A DNA stretch of 63,474 nt, filler included, from Globobulimina sp. (GCA_003354225.1; 35 parts of 35 records of this genome joined end to end with filler, not necessarily neighbours in it); one strand, 5' to 3'; shown: positions 12,725 through 25,238, counted from the first letter of the whole stretch. Translations and numbers: made by a program. The notes: generated by a model from the letters alone, not told the origin.

Positions 12725-13465
12725 TCAGATCCGAAATACGAGTATGTACACAGCACCACATTGACCTCGCCGTCCACCATCGAGGATTACCATTGGCTGT
12801 GTTTCCATTTCCGATCCGGCGATAAATATTCGTGTACGTACGGCAGTGACTGTCGATGGCGACATTTTGATTTTGAAATGCGAGCCGACATCAAAACTGC
12901 GTGGAATCCGCAGAAACCAATTCTGAAATATAAGCCGCGTATTCCTCAATTGGCAGAAGCGAGGATATTACGCAAATCCATGGAGAAGAAATTCAAATGG
13001 TTGGCCGACAAGAAATATTCCAATAACCCCTTTATTGTTGAAAATAATACGCCGCCGTCGATGAAGAAGATTCGCGTCGAAAATCATAGGAGAAATAAGC
13101 AAATTATCGACGAGAAGGATGCGGTGCGGAAGAAATTGGTTATTGAGGAAAAGGAGGAAATGTTGATAGAGCAAAAAAAGGAGGCGACGGAAGAGAAAGA
13201 CACTGAAAAAGATGCAATCCATAAAATGTTGATAGATGCCGAAAAAGAGGTAATTCATAATGCAGAGGATAAGGATGACGTTGTTATGGATTATAGCATA
13301 GATAAAATAGAGTGTGTGCTGCGTGATTATGACACAGCAATGTCAATGATGACTCCTTTTTGCCAGGAAAAGAATCGAAATGTTAATTATCACTTAATTG
13401 GATACTTAGCTTACCAGCAATTTGCAGCTTTGCGGAAAATTATTTGTGAATTAAAAAAAGAATAA
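12725..13465 (+). CDS. CCCH zinc-finger protein with charged coiled coil, 5' uncertain
   Basis: CFHFRSGDKYSCTYGSDCRWRH. Confidence 0.6.
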   Translation, partial: SDPKYEYVHSTTLTSPSTIEDYHWLCFHFRSGDKYSCTYGSDCRWRHFDFEMRADIKTAWNPQKPILKYKPRIPQLAEARILRKSMEKKFKWLADKKYSNNPFIVENNTPPSMKKIRVENHRRNKQIIDEKDAVRKKLVIEEKEEMLIEQKKEATEEKDTEKDAIHKMLIDAEKEVIHNAEDKDDVVMDYSIDKIECVLRDYDTAMSMMTPFCQEKNRNVNYHLIGYLAYQQFAALRKIICELKKE

Positions 13466-13588
13466 ATTTAACTGATTGTTGCTATTTAACTTTAATATAC
13501 GAATATAAATATAATATCAGTTTATTGTTGTACTAATATTAATATTTCAGTTTCTGATTTTTATCTACTAAAAACTTGCTAGAATGAG

Positions 13589-14441
13589 ATGTCGTCGCAG
13601 TTACTCGCAGCAACAGGAAATACGCATGCTATCCAATACGGTGCAGCAGCATTTGTGTTATGTTTTGTTATCACAACGATCGGATGCTTGCTCTCATTAT
13701 GCTTTTTATTGCCAATCAAGGCGAAAATGTTTGAACACAGGAAATTAAAATTAATCATTGTAATGTTAATTGGCTGCTCAATTGAATTATTCTCTGTAAT
13801 CATGAACTTGACAAAGTTTTTTTGGTTTGATATTATCGATAGCGATCAAATGATACTCGGAGCAATTTTGAAATTAACTGGCATTACAGGATGGATATTG
13901 GTATTTTGTGCATTTGTATCCAGAGCATTTCTGTTATTATATCAACACAAACACAATGAATTTATGTCTAATGAATTCTGGCGCATCTTATTGAATAGAG
14001 ATTCATTTGATAACTGTTTCTGGGTCAAAAATATTAACACCTTTGGAAATGAACGCTGGTTATCAAAATTTGTAACTTTTGTAGCTGTCTCATACATTCT
14101 GTTCGCATTTGGTGTGGCAACATATCTCCAGCGGTATCATAACCAAATTAAACATAAAATACGCCCTTCTGTGATGTTGATGGTTGTCTTTGCCTTAATT
14201 AGCTTGTTCGTGACGCGCCAGATTTGGATAAATTTGCCAGAAAAGTTGGATGCATTCGGTATTAGAGACGAGTTGAAGTATACTATGATATCATTGTTAT
14301 TCCCATGCTTCGGTATCGCATTTACTGTGGTTTTTGGACGGTGGATATTTCACAGCCCGTACTATGCAATGAATATTGGCATAATAATACATTTCTGGAA
14401 TGCTATTGGCTGTTTTATTGTGATTTGTTTTTCAGTATTTT
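13589..14441 (+). CDS. 7TM membrane protein (likely 7TM-RGS family), 3' partial
   Basis: About seven hydrophobic segments; DAFGIRDELK motif. Confidence 0.6.
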
Positions 14442-14541
14442 NNNNNNNNNNNNNNNNNNNNNNNNNNNNNNNNNNNNNNNNNNNNTTAATTAATTAANNN
14501 NNNNNNNNNNNNNNNNNNNNNNNNNNNNNNNNNNNNNNNNN

Positions 14542-15830
14542 ACATCAATGACTGTACCATTATTGACTGCCGAAATAAATTCAAACGACGCTGCAGCTCC
14601 TTTTGTCAATAATAATCTCGTATTATCCGCATTCTTTACAGATATAATATTTATAATATCATTCTGTAACACACTCACATTAAATCTTATTGTGTCATTT
14701 GTAAATATCACATATTTATCATTACCAACCATAGCATCCATAGGTTGACCATAATCCATATATAATGCCAATGCATATACACCATTTACAATATTAACAT
14801 CGCTGTTTGACACTGCTTTGAATCTCCAACCAAAGGCATCATAATAATCCATAGAATGAGACATACAGTCAAATATATAATCATTTCCCGCATTATTTGT
14901 ATCCTCCAATACTGCATAAATGAGAGCTGATAAACCATCAATATTCAAACTAATATCCCTCTCTTCGTACGCAGCAATATCCACTAAACCATGAGTCACA
15001 TTGTCCACATTTACGAGCACTTTTTTCGAGGAATATACAAATATTTTCTGCGCGTTTGCTGGGGCTGGAAAAGCATTGACGGTAAAAAAATTATGGTTGG
15101 ACATAGACTTATTTGCAAATAAAATATTTAATAAATAATAACCAGATTTTATAGTGACTGGATAGGTATCTTCAAATTCGTTGGTAAAGTTCACCTGAAA
15201 GGGACAATACGTTACGTTTTTACTGCCGATGATGGTTATATTTGTGCACTTTTGTGGCCATTTATTTTGAGAGAATATACGTAATGATTTGCTGTATGAT
15301 AAGTTATAGCCATCAGTGTCTGTTATATTTGCTAAACGTATGGTAAACGAGGCATGTTTTTGAGAGAATACTTTTTGTGAAATCATTCCAGTCAATGCAA
15401 TATTGCTCTGTTGCGTGGTTTGTCTGTCAGCGGAGAGCGTGAATCCAGATATGCCATTATGTGGTAATATTATGGATTGGAATAAAATATATTTATATTG
15501 GTTTAATGATATGCTTTTTGTACCTGATTTGAGTGCAAATATTCCTGTTGCATTGTTGGATATTAATAAAGGCTGGGCGTTTAATGCAAAGTTTGGCGTG
15601 AAATCTTTTTGTAATGAACCTGAGTTATTTATGGTTCCAAAGGATAGTGTTCCTGTATTTTCGCGTTTTTTATAGGTTAATACTAATTCAATTTGGGAGG
15701 CATTGAAATCACCAGGGTGCCATGTTAAATTACCGCCAATTGAATCGCCAATAATATATGGTAATGTAATGGTGGAATTAGCAATAGCGAAGGTACAAAA
15801 TATGTAAACTCCTAGCAACATGTTCAACAT
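14542..15830 (-). CDS. Secreted/luminal beta-rich protein (weak resemblance to ribophorin II repeats), 3' partial
   Basis: Signal peptide MLLGVYIFCTFAIA, many N-x-S/T sites, repeated G.Y.L.(I/L) motif. Confidence 0.45.
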
Positions 15831-16070
15831 GTTTGGCGAAAAAAACTTGAAGCCGCAGTTGAAGGGTACTACGTCAAACATGTATTTACTGTTTGGTCCC
15901 TGCTTTTTTAGTAAACACAGTGGAGTTGAATATTGCTTTTTTGATAGGCAAATATTTACTGTTTGTCAGATAAATATTCACAACTCCACGTATTTAATAA
16001 AACACTGTGTCATCAAAATAGTTTTCCGCTACGTTTCTTGAGTGATAATGGCAAGTTTGCCATTCATAAT

Positions 16071-16258
16071 ATGGATGACATTTGTAAATACAATAAAAAA
16101 TTAATTAAAAATACGGAATTATTATTAACAAAATATATTGCAATTAATAAAAAATTAAAATTTGTGCATCAATATGATTTTGATAGAAATGGAGTATGTT
16201 ACGCTTTGGGATCTAATTTTGGTGAAACAGAGTGGTCAAATCCTGTGGATAAAGGTGT
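16071..16258 (+). CDS. Fragment with HECTD1/BTB-protein-type DFD.NG..Y.LG...W.NP domain
   Basis: KFVHQYDFDRNGVCYALGSNFGETEWSNPVDKG. Confidence 0.55.
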
Positions 16259-16358
16259 NNNNNNNNNNNNNNNNNNNNNNNNNNNNNNNNNNNNNNNNNN
16301 NNTTAATTAATTAANNNNNNNNNNNNNNNNNNNNNNNNNNNNNNNNNNNNNNNNNNNN

Positions 16359-16979
16359 ACTTTCTTTTTTTTGTGCGGGTTCCTCCAGTTCGAGTCTCTC
16401 GTGATCATACACCAATGGATGATACCATCGACAACCACACCGGTCGCCTGCATGAGCAAAAAAAATGGTGCCACGAATGGAGAACGTCCGAATTGGCAGC
16501 CTGGAATTGGAGCATATTGCAATGGACATTGGTCATTTGACACTGTCCCAAAACAGTTCATGGATGTTTATTATAAATATTTAGATTCAGATAAAACTAT
16601 TATTTATTCTCAAGAACAACACATTGCTCATTTTGAAGCCTTAGCAATTGTGGCAGCATTAAATACTTATAAACATTATTTCAATCCAAATATTAATATT
16701 AATTTACGTTGTGATAATCAGCATTGTGAGGCTATTTTTATTAGCAAAAATACGAATGATATGTTCCTTATGGATTGCATTCGTTGGACAGTTTGGTTTT
16801 GTTTTGAAAACAAACTACGAGTTAAAATTAATTACATTAAATCAGCAGACAATGTATATGCAGATGATTTATCACGTTTTGATATTGCCAAATTTTTATT
16901 ACATTGCAAAGCGCGTAATTTAACAAATTTTGATAGTAAACCAATTCCTTTTTGTTATCCTGATCTCTCTTTCTTATAA
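16359..16979 (+). CDS. Retrotransposon RNase H (DIRS1-type), end of pol, 5' partial
   Basis: Motifs GIGAY, HIAHFEALAIVAAL, LRCDN and YIKSADNVYADDLSR. Confidence 0.85.
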   Translation, partial: TFFFLCGFLQFESLVIIHQWMIPSTTTPVACMSKKNGATNGERPNWQPGIGAYCNGHWSFDTVPKQFMDVYYKYLDSDKTIIYSQEQHIAHFEALAIVAALNTYKHYFNPNININLRCDNQHCEAIFISKNTNDMFLMDCIRWTVWFCFENKLRVKINYIKSADNVYADDLSRFDIAKFLLHCKARNLTNFDSKPIPFCYPDLSFL

Positions 16980-17052
16980 TTTGTCAACAATACATATTGA
17001 ATACTTAATATTTTATACACATTTTGTACATTAACATATAACTAAATCTTAG

Positions 17053-18075
17053 GTAGATCAAATAATGCGAATTTTAATCATAATATATGGTCATATTTAC
17101 CATTACATGCGATTGGATTAGAAAAGATGTCATCGCGAGGCATTAAATTATCGACAGATGAAACTTATCATAGTAATTTTTATGAATTTTGCAATACAAT
17201 GACACGGTTAAAAATACCCAAATGTGAATTTTTACAATTTCCTACAAAAGATATTTATTTGATGGCATGGATGATTGACTGTTTATGGGTAAGAAAGAAA
17301 CCCAATAAATGGAATACTATGAGATATAAACTCTGTGCAGTCGATCACTTTAATAAATTGGCAATGACACCGACATCTTGGTCTATTAATCCATCACTTA
17401 CTAATTTATGCGATTATGGAAAGAAGCAAAATTGTTCAGATCCGAATGACTCCGCTATTCCCTTTATGCGTGATCATTTATTACGTTTTAATAATATTGT
17501 GACTCAAAAATTTTTGTATTTCAAATCTGATAAATTATCATCGGAGTTTATCATTAAATCAATGCATTATTTGATTGTGGAAGAAGAATTACTATTTTTT
17601 CCTATTTTAATGCATATTCGTATGAGTTTGGTAGCTACGAATGTTATGGCAGTGACTGGTATGCGTATTGGTGAAGTATTTCATCCATTTAATCAGAAAA
17701 AACATAATTATGGTATTCGCAAATGTGATATTTTGATTTTTCACAAACAAACTGATCCATTGGATTCAAGCAAATATATCATTGTAAATGACAATATTTC
17801 TACAAATCAATCAACTTTTCATGGCATTCAAATCATTCTTCAAAACAGCAAAATGCGCAATACTGGTCACACTGCCTTTGCTATGATAGGCAGATCAGAT
17901 CACGTTACTGATCCGGCCTTATTACTATTCAATTTATATCATTCTCTGACTATTTTATCCAAGAAATATCCAAATCATTTCTCATGGAATCATAAATCTC
18001 ATTTATTTCAACATATGGGGAAACCCATGACGACAGATGATTTTCGCACAATTTTTGGTGATTTGATTTGTTTTA
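17053..18075 (+). CDS. Tyrosine recombinase/integrase of the DIRS-like element, 3' partial
   Basis: N-terminal SAM-like region (T...Y, NTMRYKLCAV.H), box I TGMRIGEV, SKM (catalytic Lys), DPALLL and LFQ...KPMT. Confidence 0.75.
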
Positions 18076-18175
18076 NNNNNNNNNNNNNNNNNNNNNNNNN
18101 NNNNNNNNNNNNNNNNNNNTTAATTAATTAANNNNNNNNNNNNNNNNNNNNNNNNNNNNNNNNNNNNNNNNNNNN

Positions 18176-19176
18176 CCACCAATATCACAAACAATAATAG
18201 TCGAAGCAGAAATATCTTTGCTATCATATAACAGCGCTGCGCCCTTCATACTATTCGTTGGTCCCGACGCAAACGTAGTGATTGGATATTTTATCGCATC
18301 CTCGGACCCGCATTGTGTGCCATCATTTTTTGTTAAATATAATGGAGATTCAATACCAAGATTTTCCATTGCCGCCTTAAATGACTGTATAGTTTTAAAT
18401 GCCAATTTGCATATCGCTGCATTTAAAATAGCTGCATTTTCCCTGGGCAATAAACCAAGCCCTGCGATATGATGCGACAAAGTAAAATGTGTATCCATAC
18501 AATATTTATTTCCTAATTTATGGCGTAATATTTCTTCTAACTTAATTTCTTGCGCACCATTCATTGGACTGAATATGCCCGTTATTGCGATGGATTTTAT
18601 ATTTTTCGATTTTATTTCAGAAACAATATTATCAATTTTAGATTCGTTTTGTTTTGATTCTAATTCGGTAATTATTTTGCCATTGTAATCATAGCCACCA
18701 TCAATAAAATAATAAGCGCCATTAATTATTTGCTTTAAATCATTTGGAATATCAATAAATGGTATAAATGCATTGGACACTGGACCACATAATCTAATCA
18801 CACAGACTTGAGATAATTCTTTTGATCTTTGCTCAATTGCATTTACAAAATGTGTAGTTCCTATACTTACACAGTTGATATAGATTTCTGTCTTATCAGT
18901 GTATGACTCATATACGCTTTTAAGTGCTCGTGTGGTTGCTAGAACTATTCCTGTTGTTACATCTTTTGTGGTTGCATATTTTGCTGAAGCAATTACATTT
19001 AATTTTGACTCGTAAGTATCTGATTCTAGCCGAATTGCAACATCTAATTAGCAATTATAATTTGGATGTAAGATGAGAAAACAGAGTCGTTTGGAAACAT
19101 ATATGGTACAAATACCTGTGTTGGTTCCTCCTACGTCAATACCGATGGTAATGTATATCGCGTTGTCTTCTGCCAT
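18176..19176 (-). CDS. Hydantoinase A/5-oxoprolinase family protein; intron 19044-19115; 3' partial
   Basis: GIDVGGTNT|D across the intron; GTTHFVNAI, RENAAILNA, SGPTNSMKGA and VCDIG. Confidence 0.9.
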
Positions 19177-19459
19177 GTTTTCAAGCAATTAACACTATAA
19201 GCCACTCAAAAACGTTTTGGGACCGACGATTTGACATTTTGATACCATAAACATGTACAAATTTTTTCCAAAAGAAAGAGACCATTAAAAACTATGGAAT
19301 CTATAGAAATGGAATCTACAGAAAATTAAAAACCATTAAATCGAATAGAGCATTATAGATAGAAATATATAAATAAAATATAATTAAACATATTAAACAT
19401 ATTATAAATAGACACAAAGAAAAAACAAAATAAGATATCCTAAAGCTATGACATTAACA

Positions 19460-19891
19460 CTATAGTTTATAGTGAGTTGGATTAACAGTATCATCCAGAG
19501 ACTCAAACGAGCGATCTGGCACAGTATTGAACAACGGAGAAAACACAGGCAATGTATTTGTGTTTCTAAACCAATTTGATTTATGTTTCTTATTTTCTTT
19601 TATATTTGCAATTGAATTAAATTCTGATTTTGTTTTCCTATTTGTATTATATCGTTGTTGTTCCTTCCATTCTTTATAAGCTGTTTGATGCGACAGTTTA
19701 TCAATGCACAATAAATATTTATATTTCTCATCAATACGTCCAATCTTAAACGTTAAGCAATGTTTATCAATTTTTATCTTAAATAAATTATCTCTGCTGC
19801 GATTTGAATATATTTTGACGCCATCAACATACAATGCCCTCGAAGAGATAATGGATGGTTTTCGTTTCTGTGAATGTGTCATAATCACAGT
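19460..19891 (-). CDS. Hypothetical protein C-terminus
   Basis: ORF open from the contig edge; no motif. Confidence 0.35.
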   Translation of the reverse strand, partial: TVIMTHSQKRKPSIISSRALYVDGVKIYSNRSRDNLFKIKIDKHCLTFKIGRIDEKYKYLLCIDKLSHQTAYKEWKEQQRYNTNRKTKSEFNSIANIKENKKHKSNWFRNTNTLPVFSPLFNTVPDRSFESLDDTVNPTHYKL

Positions 19892-19991
19892 NNNNNNNNN
19901 NNNNNNNNNNNNNNNNNNNNNNNNNNNNNNNNNNNTTAATTAATTAANNNNNNNNNNNNNNNNNNNNNNNNNNNNNNNNNNNNNNNNNNNN

Positions 19992-21707
19992 GCTTTCATA
20001 GCAAGCATCAGAGACAATATCTGCTTCGTCTCTCATTTTAATCGCTTCAATTAAGAGCATAATGCCATTGTCGTCAATATTCTTAATAATATTAATGTTG
20101 CCATTATCGTCTGAATTTGTGGTCAATTCGAACTTTACCATACTTTGCAAGGTTTGCAATATCTTTATGGATTCTGGCACAATTTCAGAGATTAACATAT
20201 ATGACAATGCTTCACAAATCGCAGCAATGCCGCCTTGTTGTATTATATATTGACACGTCTCATTGTCCACTGCTAAGCGACCGATATTTGCCGCAGCTAA
20301 CGCAGCCAAGTCGTCTTTCAATGGGAAATTATGGATCATGGCAATATTGGCTTCCACCGCATGCTGTTCTGTCAATTGCGAGACTAAGTTTTCTTTTTTC
20401 AAGCCAAAAGTGGTTAATTTGGCTAAATACTCTGCCAAGCCTTCATACGCTGGATTATTGAGATACAAATCCGCCATTTGTCCATAGCAAGCATCAGAGA
20501 CAATATCTCGCGGATTCCCAAATTCGCCCAATTTATACGCAGCAAAGGCGCAGGATTCGATGGCATGTTCCCGCGATAAGCAATCTTTTGCTTCATTCAA
20601 TGCGCCAAAGCAGGTTGGCAATAATATCAAGCCGCCATTCTCAATCACCGTTTTATATTTATTTTCTGCGCCACATACATTGGCCAGAAATATCAATCTC
20701 TTATCCAAGTCTTCAATGATTCCAATCTCATTTGGTTTATCCATCAATCGCTGTGCCAAAATATTGGCAGAATCCAAGGCAGTGATGATTTTATCGTCAG
20801 AGATTAAAGTGGACAAAAATGAGTTTGTCTCATTATAAATCTCTTCATCCAAATCTTTGTCATCTAAAATCTCGGCCAATACTTGTTCAAAGCCGGAAGC
20901 TTTAAATGCTAATATAACATTTGGGTCGTTTTGAATTAGCGCATACAACGTATCATAAATGGCATGCATGGCAGCGGCGTCTTTCTTGTGTAACTTCATG
21001 CAATTTACAATAGTTTGCGCACAAAGATGGACAATATTGCTCATTAAGTTTGGTTGTTGCGAGACGAGCGCGGTTATGAAATTCATGGATAATATCACCT
21101 GTTGGGCATCTTTCTTGTTTTTGGACAAATGATTTTTGAGCCCTTCAATCAAACCATTGTCCATTAATAAATCCACCAAAGCTGCATCGCGCAGAAAGCC
21201 ACTCTTTGGGTCGCCTAAAATAGCAAAATATTTGGCAATACCTACAGTATATTCACTGTGCGTCTTCAACACTTTTGAGGTTAACAAGGGCAACAATTGA
21301 CTTTGTTGGATGATGGCAATGCCTTCTTTTGTACTCAATATATTGGCAATAGAGTCACAAATCGCATTCATTACCAACTCAGACTGACTCACATTGTTTA
21401 CGATATCTTCAAAAGTATGGACGCCGCCTTCTTCCTGCCACATTGCAACGGTGTCCATGTTCTTCACCAGGCGGCCCAATGCGCGAATGGCTGACGCCAA
21501 CCCAATGGCTTCTTGGTGGCGGCCACTCGCTGCCTTTATTTTGCCGGCTACAATGGACAAAAAGATAGCAATGCCACCTTCAGCCACCACGTACTGCGCA
21601 TTCACGTCCATCAACACCAAACTCCCAACGATGCTGATCGCTTCTTCCACTAATTTTGGTTGAAATGAGTCCGCCTCCATTCGCGACCTCGCAATCATAT
21701 CCATAGC
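19992..21707 (-). CDS. Armadillo/HEAT-repeat protein, internal fragment
   Basis: Full-contig ORF with repeated GG(I/V)..(L/I) helical ARM-like units. Confidence 0.75.
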
Positions 21708-22247
21708 NNNNNNNNNNNNNNNNNNNNNNNNNNNNNNNNNNNNNNNNNNNNTTAATTAATTAANNNNNNNNNNNNNNNNNNNNNNNNNNNNNNNNNNNNN
21801 NNNNNNNGGCATTCTGATTGTTATCCAACGCAATGACTTATGCATTATTATTTTGACATATTTGAAGTAATTGCGGATCGAATGTTGGTTCTTCTCAATG
21901 TAGGTATATAAATGTTGTGTGTCTCGTGAGTGCACAGTACTGATCATGTAGCCAGTACTATAGTTCTTTGAGTCAGTCATTTGCGGCTTAGGGAGGTTAT
22001 ACATATACTGAAAGTGTACTGTGTAATGATAGGTAAAGTGTAATTTGTCTCTGATTGGTGGTTCAGGTTACCAGGAGAAGAGAATAATAAATTAATTAAA
22101 AAAATAATAATAACGACTAATAAGAATAAAATAATACAGAGATATTGTATGTTGCACAGAAAAAGTAAAAAAATATGTGACAGAGAAGAGTTGTTTTGCA
22201 AGAAATACAATAAAACATAGATGAAATGTATAATTATCATTCCACCA

Positions 22248-23486
22248 CTATAAAACCGCTGAGACAGTTCTAAAACCAGAGCGGGAATCATTTTGAGCAC
22301 CATTGATATCATTGTCGCTTGGTAGGGCCGCGGTGATTGTAAATCGAATATCATCCATCATACAAGTCACTTTTCCAAATGAATATTTCTTTTGTAATAA
22401 TTTATTGAGTTTGCCATGATCCACTTTCAAATCATAGCCAATATCCACGTCCAATGAGTCAGTTTTCTGCTCCGTTACCTCCACCAAATCATTGAAGAAA
22501 ACAGCATCCACTGTCAAATTCCCAATGAGTTGCATTACTTTCTTGGACAGCCGCCAGTTCATCAAATCAATGGCACTCATATTATACGGATCGATGCCAA
22601 ATATCTTACACAATATGGTGTTTTGGAAGAAATGTACCTTCGATGCATGCACCAATGAGCCACTGCTAAATGGGACTGCTTTCGTGCCATCGTTGGGGTC
22701 ATAGACACGGTCAGCCCATACACCACATACTGGATGGCTGCCATGCCATGTTTTGAAGCACGTATTGCAATATTGTAGGCGGTTTATTTTGCGCAATTCC
22801 TCTCTTTCCGACAGCGATTTATTGGGATACGACGCTTTAAGGATTTGATCCCGAATATCTAACTTCTCTTTGAATCCAATGCATTTCCGTTCCAATGCTC
22901 CACATTTTGGGCAAAGTCTGCGATGAAAATTGCAAAAACCTAAACAGATTTTGCAAACGTAGGCAACGTTGGATCTCGGACCTTCAGTAATATTGACAAT
23001 GCCGGCACTCGTTTCCATTTTATTGCTTTGTACTATCATACGGAGTTCGTGCGGGAAGCCCGCTGTGTCCGCTTCATCAATGCCAATGAAAAAGTATTTG
23101 TTTGCATCTCTGATCAGAGCCGACCGAACGTCTGCGTCGCAATCACCTTTATTGACATCCAACCAATCATTCATAATCACATTTGCCTCGGAAATAAATA
23201 GGTTTTTAAATATGTTATCATATTTGCTGCGCTTTCCAAATGGTAATGGCGATGATGGATGTGAATAATACCCATCTCTTGCCATCTGATCCAAGGTATA
23301 TTCCCACACAGAGAGTGATTTAATAAATGCGTCATCGGGCACGGTGCCATCCATTTCAATCTTAAACGCATTGGGAGAGAGGGAAGGGATACAAAAAAGA
23401 GACATAACATCTTGGAGAGTCACTGGTGTTGTGAAGTCACCATTATTTCTACGAATAATGCACGCAGCGCCGCGAATGGTATTCAT
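22248..23486 (-). CDS. Gag/ORF1-like zinc-knuckle protein, possibly retroelement-derived
   Basis: Intronless 412 aa, with CKICLGFCNFHRRLCPKCG and CNTCFKTWHGSHPVC. Confidence 0.45.
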   Translation of the reverse strand: MNTIRGAACIIRRNNGDFTTPVTLQDVMSLFCIPSLSPNAFKIEMDGTVPDDAFIKSLSVWEYTLDQMARDGYYSHPSSPLPFGKRSKYDNIFKNLFISEANVIMNDWLDVNKGDCDADVRSALIRDANKYFFIGIDEADTAGFPHELRMIVQSNKMETSAGIVNITEGPRSNVAYVCKICLGFCNFHRRLCPKCGALERKCIGFKEKLDIRDQILKASYPNKSLSEREELRKINRLQYCNTCFKTWHGSHPVCGVWADRVYDPNDGTKAVPFSSGSLVHASKVHFFQNTILCKIFGIDPYNMSAIDLMNWRLSKKVMQLIGNLTVDAVFFNDLVEVTEQKTDSLDVDIGYDLKVDHGKLNKLLQKKYSFGKVTCMMDDIRFTITAALPSDNDINGAQNDSRSGFRTVSAVL

Positions 23487-23623
23487 TACTTTGTTGTTGT
23501 AAGCAGTGACTAACTCACTTTTTNNNNNNNNNNNNNNNNNNNNNNNNNNNNNNNNNNNNNNNNNNNNTTAATTAATTAANNNNNNNNNNNNNNNNNNNNN
23601 NNNNNNNNNNNNNNNNNNNNNNN

Positions 23624-24254
23624 CAGCATAAAGTAACATGTCTTGGGCCAATTTAACGTCAATGGAATCTTCCTGATGAATTGAACGAAATCCGTGGATT
23701 ATATTTTTGACAGAAATGACACCATTTCCTTCCTCATTTAATGTATTGAATACAAACTCAATTTGTTCCTTATTATATTCGCCTTTTTGTTTTGCTTTGG
23801 ATTTGCGTCTTTTCTTCTTTTTCTTTTTCGGTTTTATCACTTTTGTATCGATTGAAATATCGCTGTTAACCTCCTCTCCATTGTTCCCATCCATATCTTC
23901 CTCTTCTTTCCTTAACACATATCTTTCATCGCTCTCATTTTCCAAATCTTTCATCTTTTTTGTTTTCTTTTTCTTACGTTTCTCTCTTTTCTTTTTTTTG
24001 GATTTATTTTTTTTCCGTTTTTGTTTCAGTTTCTTTTCTGCTCTGCACTCATTTTGTTGATTATCTCCTGGTTCATCATCTGAGGTATTCCATGTTGTTG
24101 GAAATGGCGAAGAGGAATCTCCATCATTTATATTCTTGTTTGTATTATTTTTCATTTTCTTTTGTGGCGGTTGTTTTATGTCATAATTCTTAATCTCTTC
24201 TTCTTCTCTTTTTCGTTTTCGTTTTGCCGCAATCCGGGCACTGCGCCTTGTCAT
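23624..24254 (-). CDS. Lys-rich protein with centrin-like EF hand, 3' partial
   Basis: EQIEFVFNTLNEEGNGVISVKNI...AQDML. Confidence 0.6.
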
Positions 24255-24338
24255 AATTTGCTATTCTAAAGAAACATGATTCAAAATGCACCAACTAATA
24301 ATGGAATGTGAGTTTTTTTGTTTTTGTATAACAGCCTC

Positions 24339-25238
24339 ATGTACTCTTTGTTAATTATTGTTTGTAGTGTAACATTAGGAGACAGCATATGGACTGATAA
24401 ATACAACACAATATGGCATTCGCCAGGAGTAGGACAGTGGGAAAATTTACCAATCGGTAATGGAGATTTAGTGGCGAATGTATGGCTATCTGCCACTGAT
24501 GATTTATTGGCACCAAATGATTTGCCAGTAACCCCATGTTCAACCGGTTCAAATAACAATCAATTATGGAGCTACGATGCTGCTACAAAATTATTGCAAA
24601 ATCAAAATCAATGTGTTACGGCCACAGGAAATTCCAATCCAACACAGACTGCGGACTGCGATGCATCTAATACTGATTTACAATGGATCTATAATAGTGA
24701 TAAAGAGTTTGTATCCGTCTCTAAAAACAGCTGCTTGGACATTTACGGAGGTGCAGCCGGAATCGCCTCCGTCGATGAATATCATTGCACAGAGGCAACT
24801 AACCAACAATGGACATTCGATGGCACCACGAAACAGATTAAGTCCGTTCGCTTTCCAACAGAATGTTTAACTGCACTCCCTTCAGCACCAATAAATGGGA
24901 GTACTTACGATTTATGGTTTGCATTTGGTCAGTCATATAAGTATATTTTTTGTCACTTGATGCAATATAAAAAAAATAATTTCTAGGCAACTCAGACAGT
25001 TTAATATGATTTAACTGGAGAGCGATTAAAAATGACTCAATTAAAAATATCATTTGATCCTCCAATAACTAATGACAATTCGTTCCAAGAATCCTTATTT
25101 TTATCCAATGCTACTGTCATTATCCAAGACGATACCTATTTTATTAAGGTGTATATCGATAGAAATGAGAATCAACAATCAATGGCATACAATATTCCAT
25201 CACTGTATAATGGAGTTATTTGTGTGGCTTTCAATTGA
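24339..25238 (+). CDS. Secreted DUF5703/GH95-like N-terminal domain with inserted ricin-B lectin; intron from 24928; possible frameshift ~25001-25004
   Basis: Signal peptide; YNTIWHSP..LPIGNGDLVANVW; three QxW repeats; then RLKMTQLKISFDP..FQESLFL..KVYIDRN. Confidence 0.65.

Larger units (their letters stand above)
16359..18075 (+). mobile_element. DIRS/Ngaro-like tyrosine-recombinase retrotransposon fragment
   Basis: DIRS-type RNase H ORF directly followed by a tyrosine recombinase ORF on the same strand. Confidence 0.8.

Noticed and set aside
23707-24060. Phe-rich antisense ORFs (also 1771-2145, 3123-3464 and others)
   Set aside because: They are shadows of Lys/Glu/Gln-rich coding sequence on the opposite strand.
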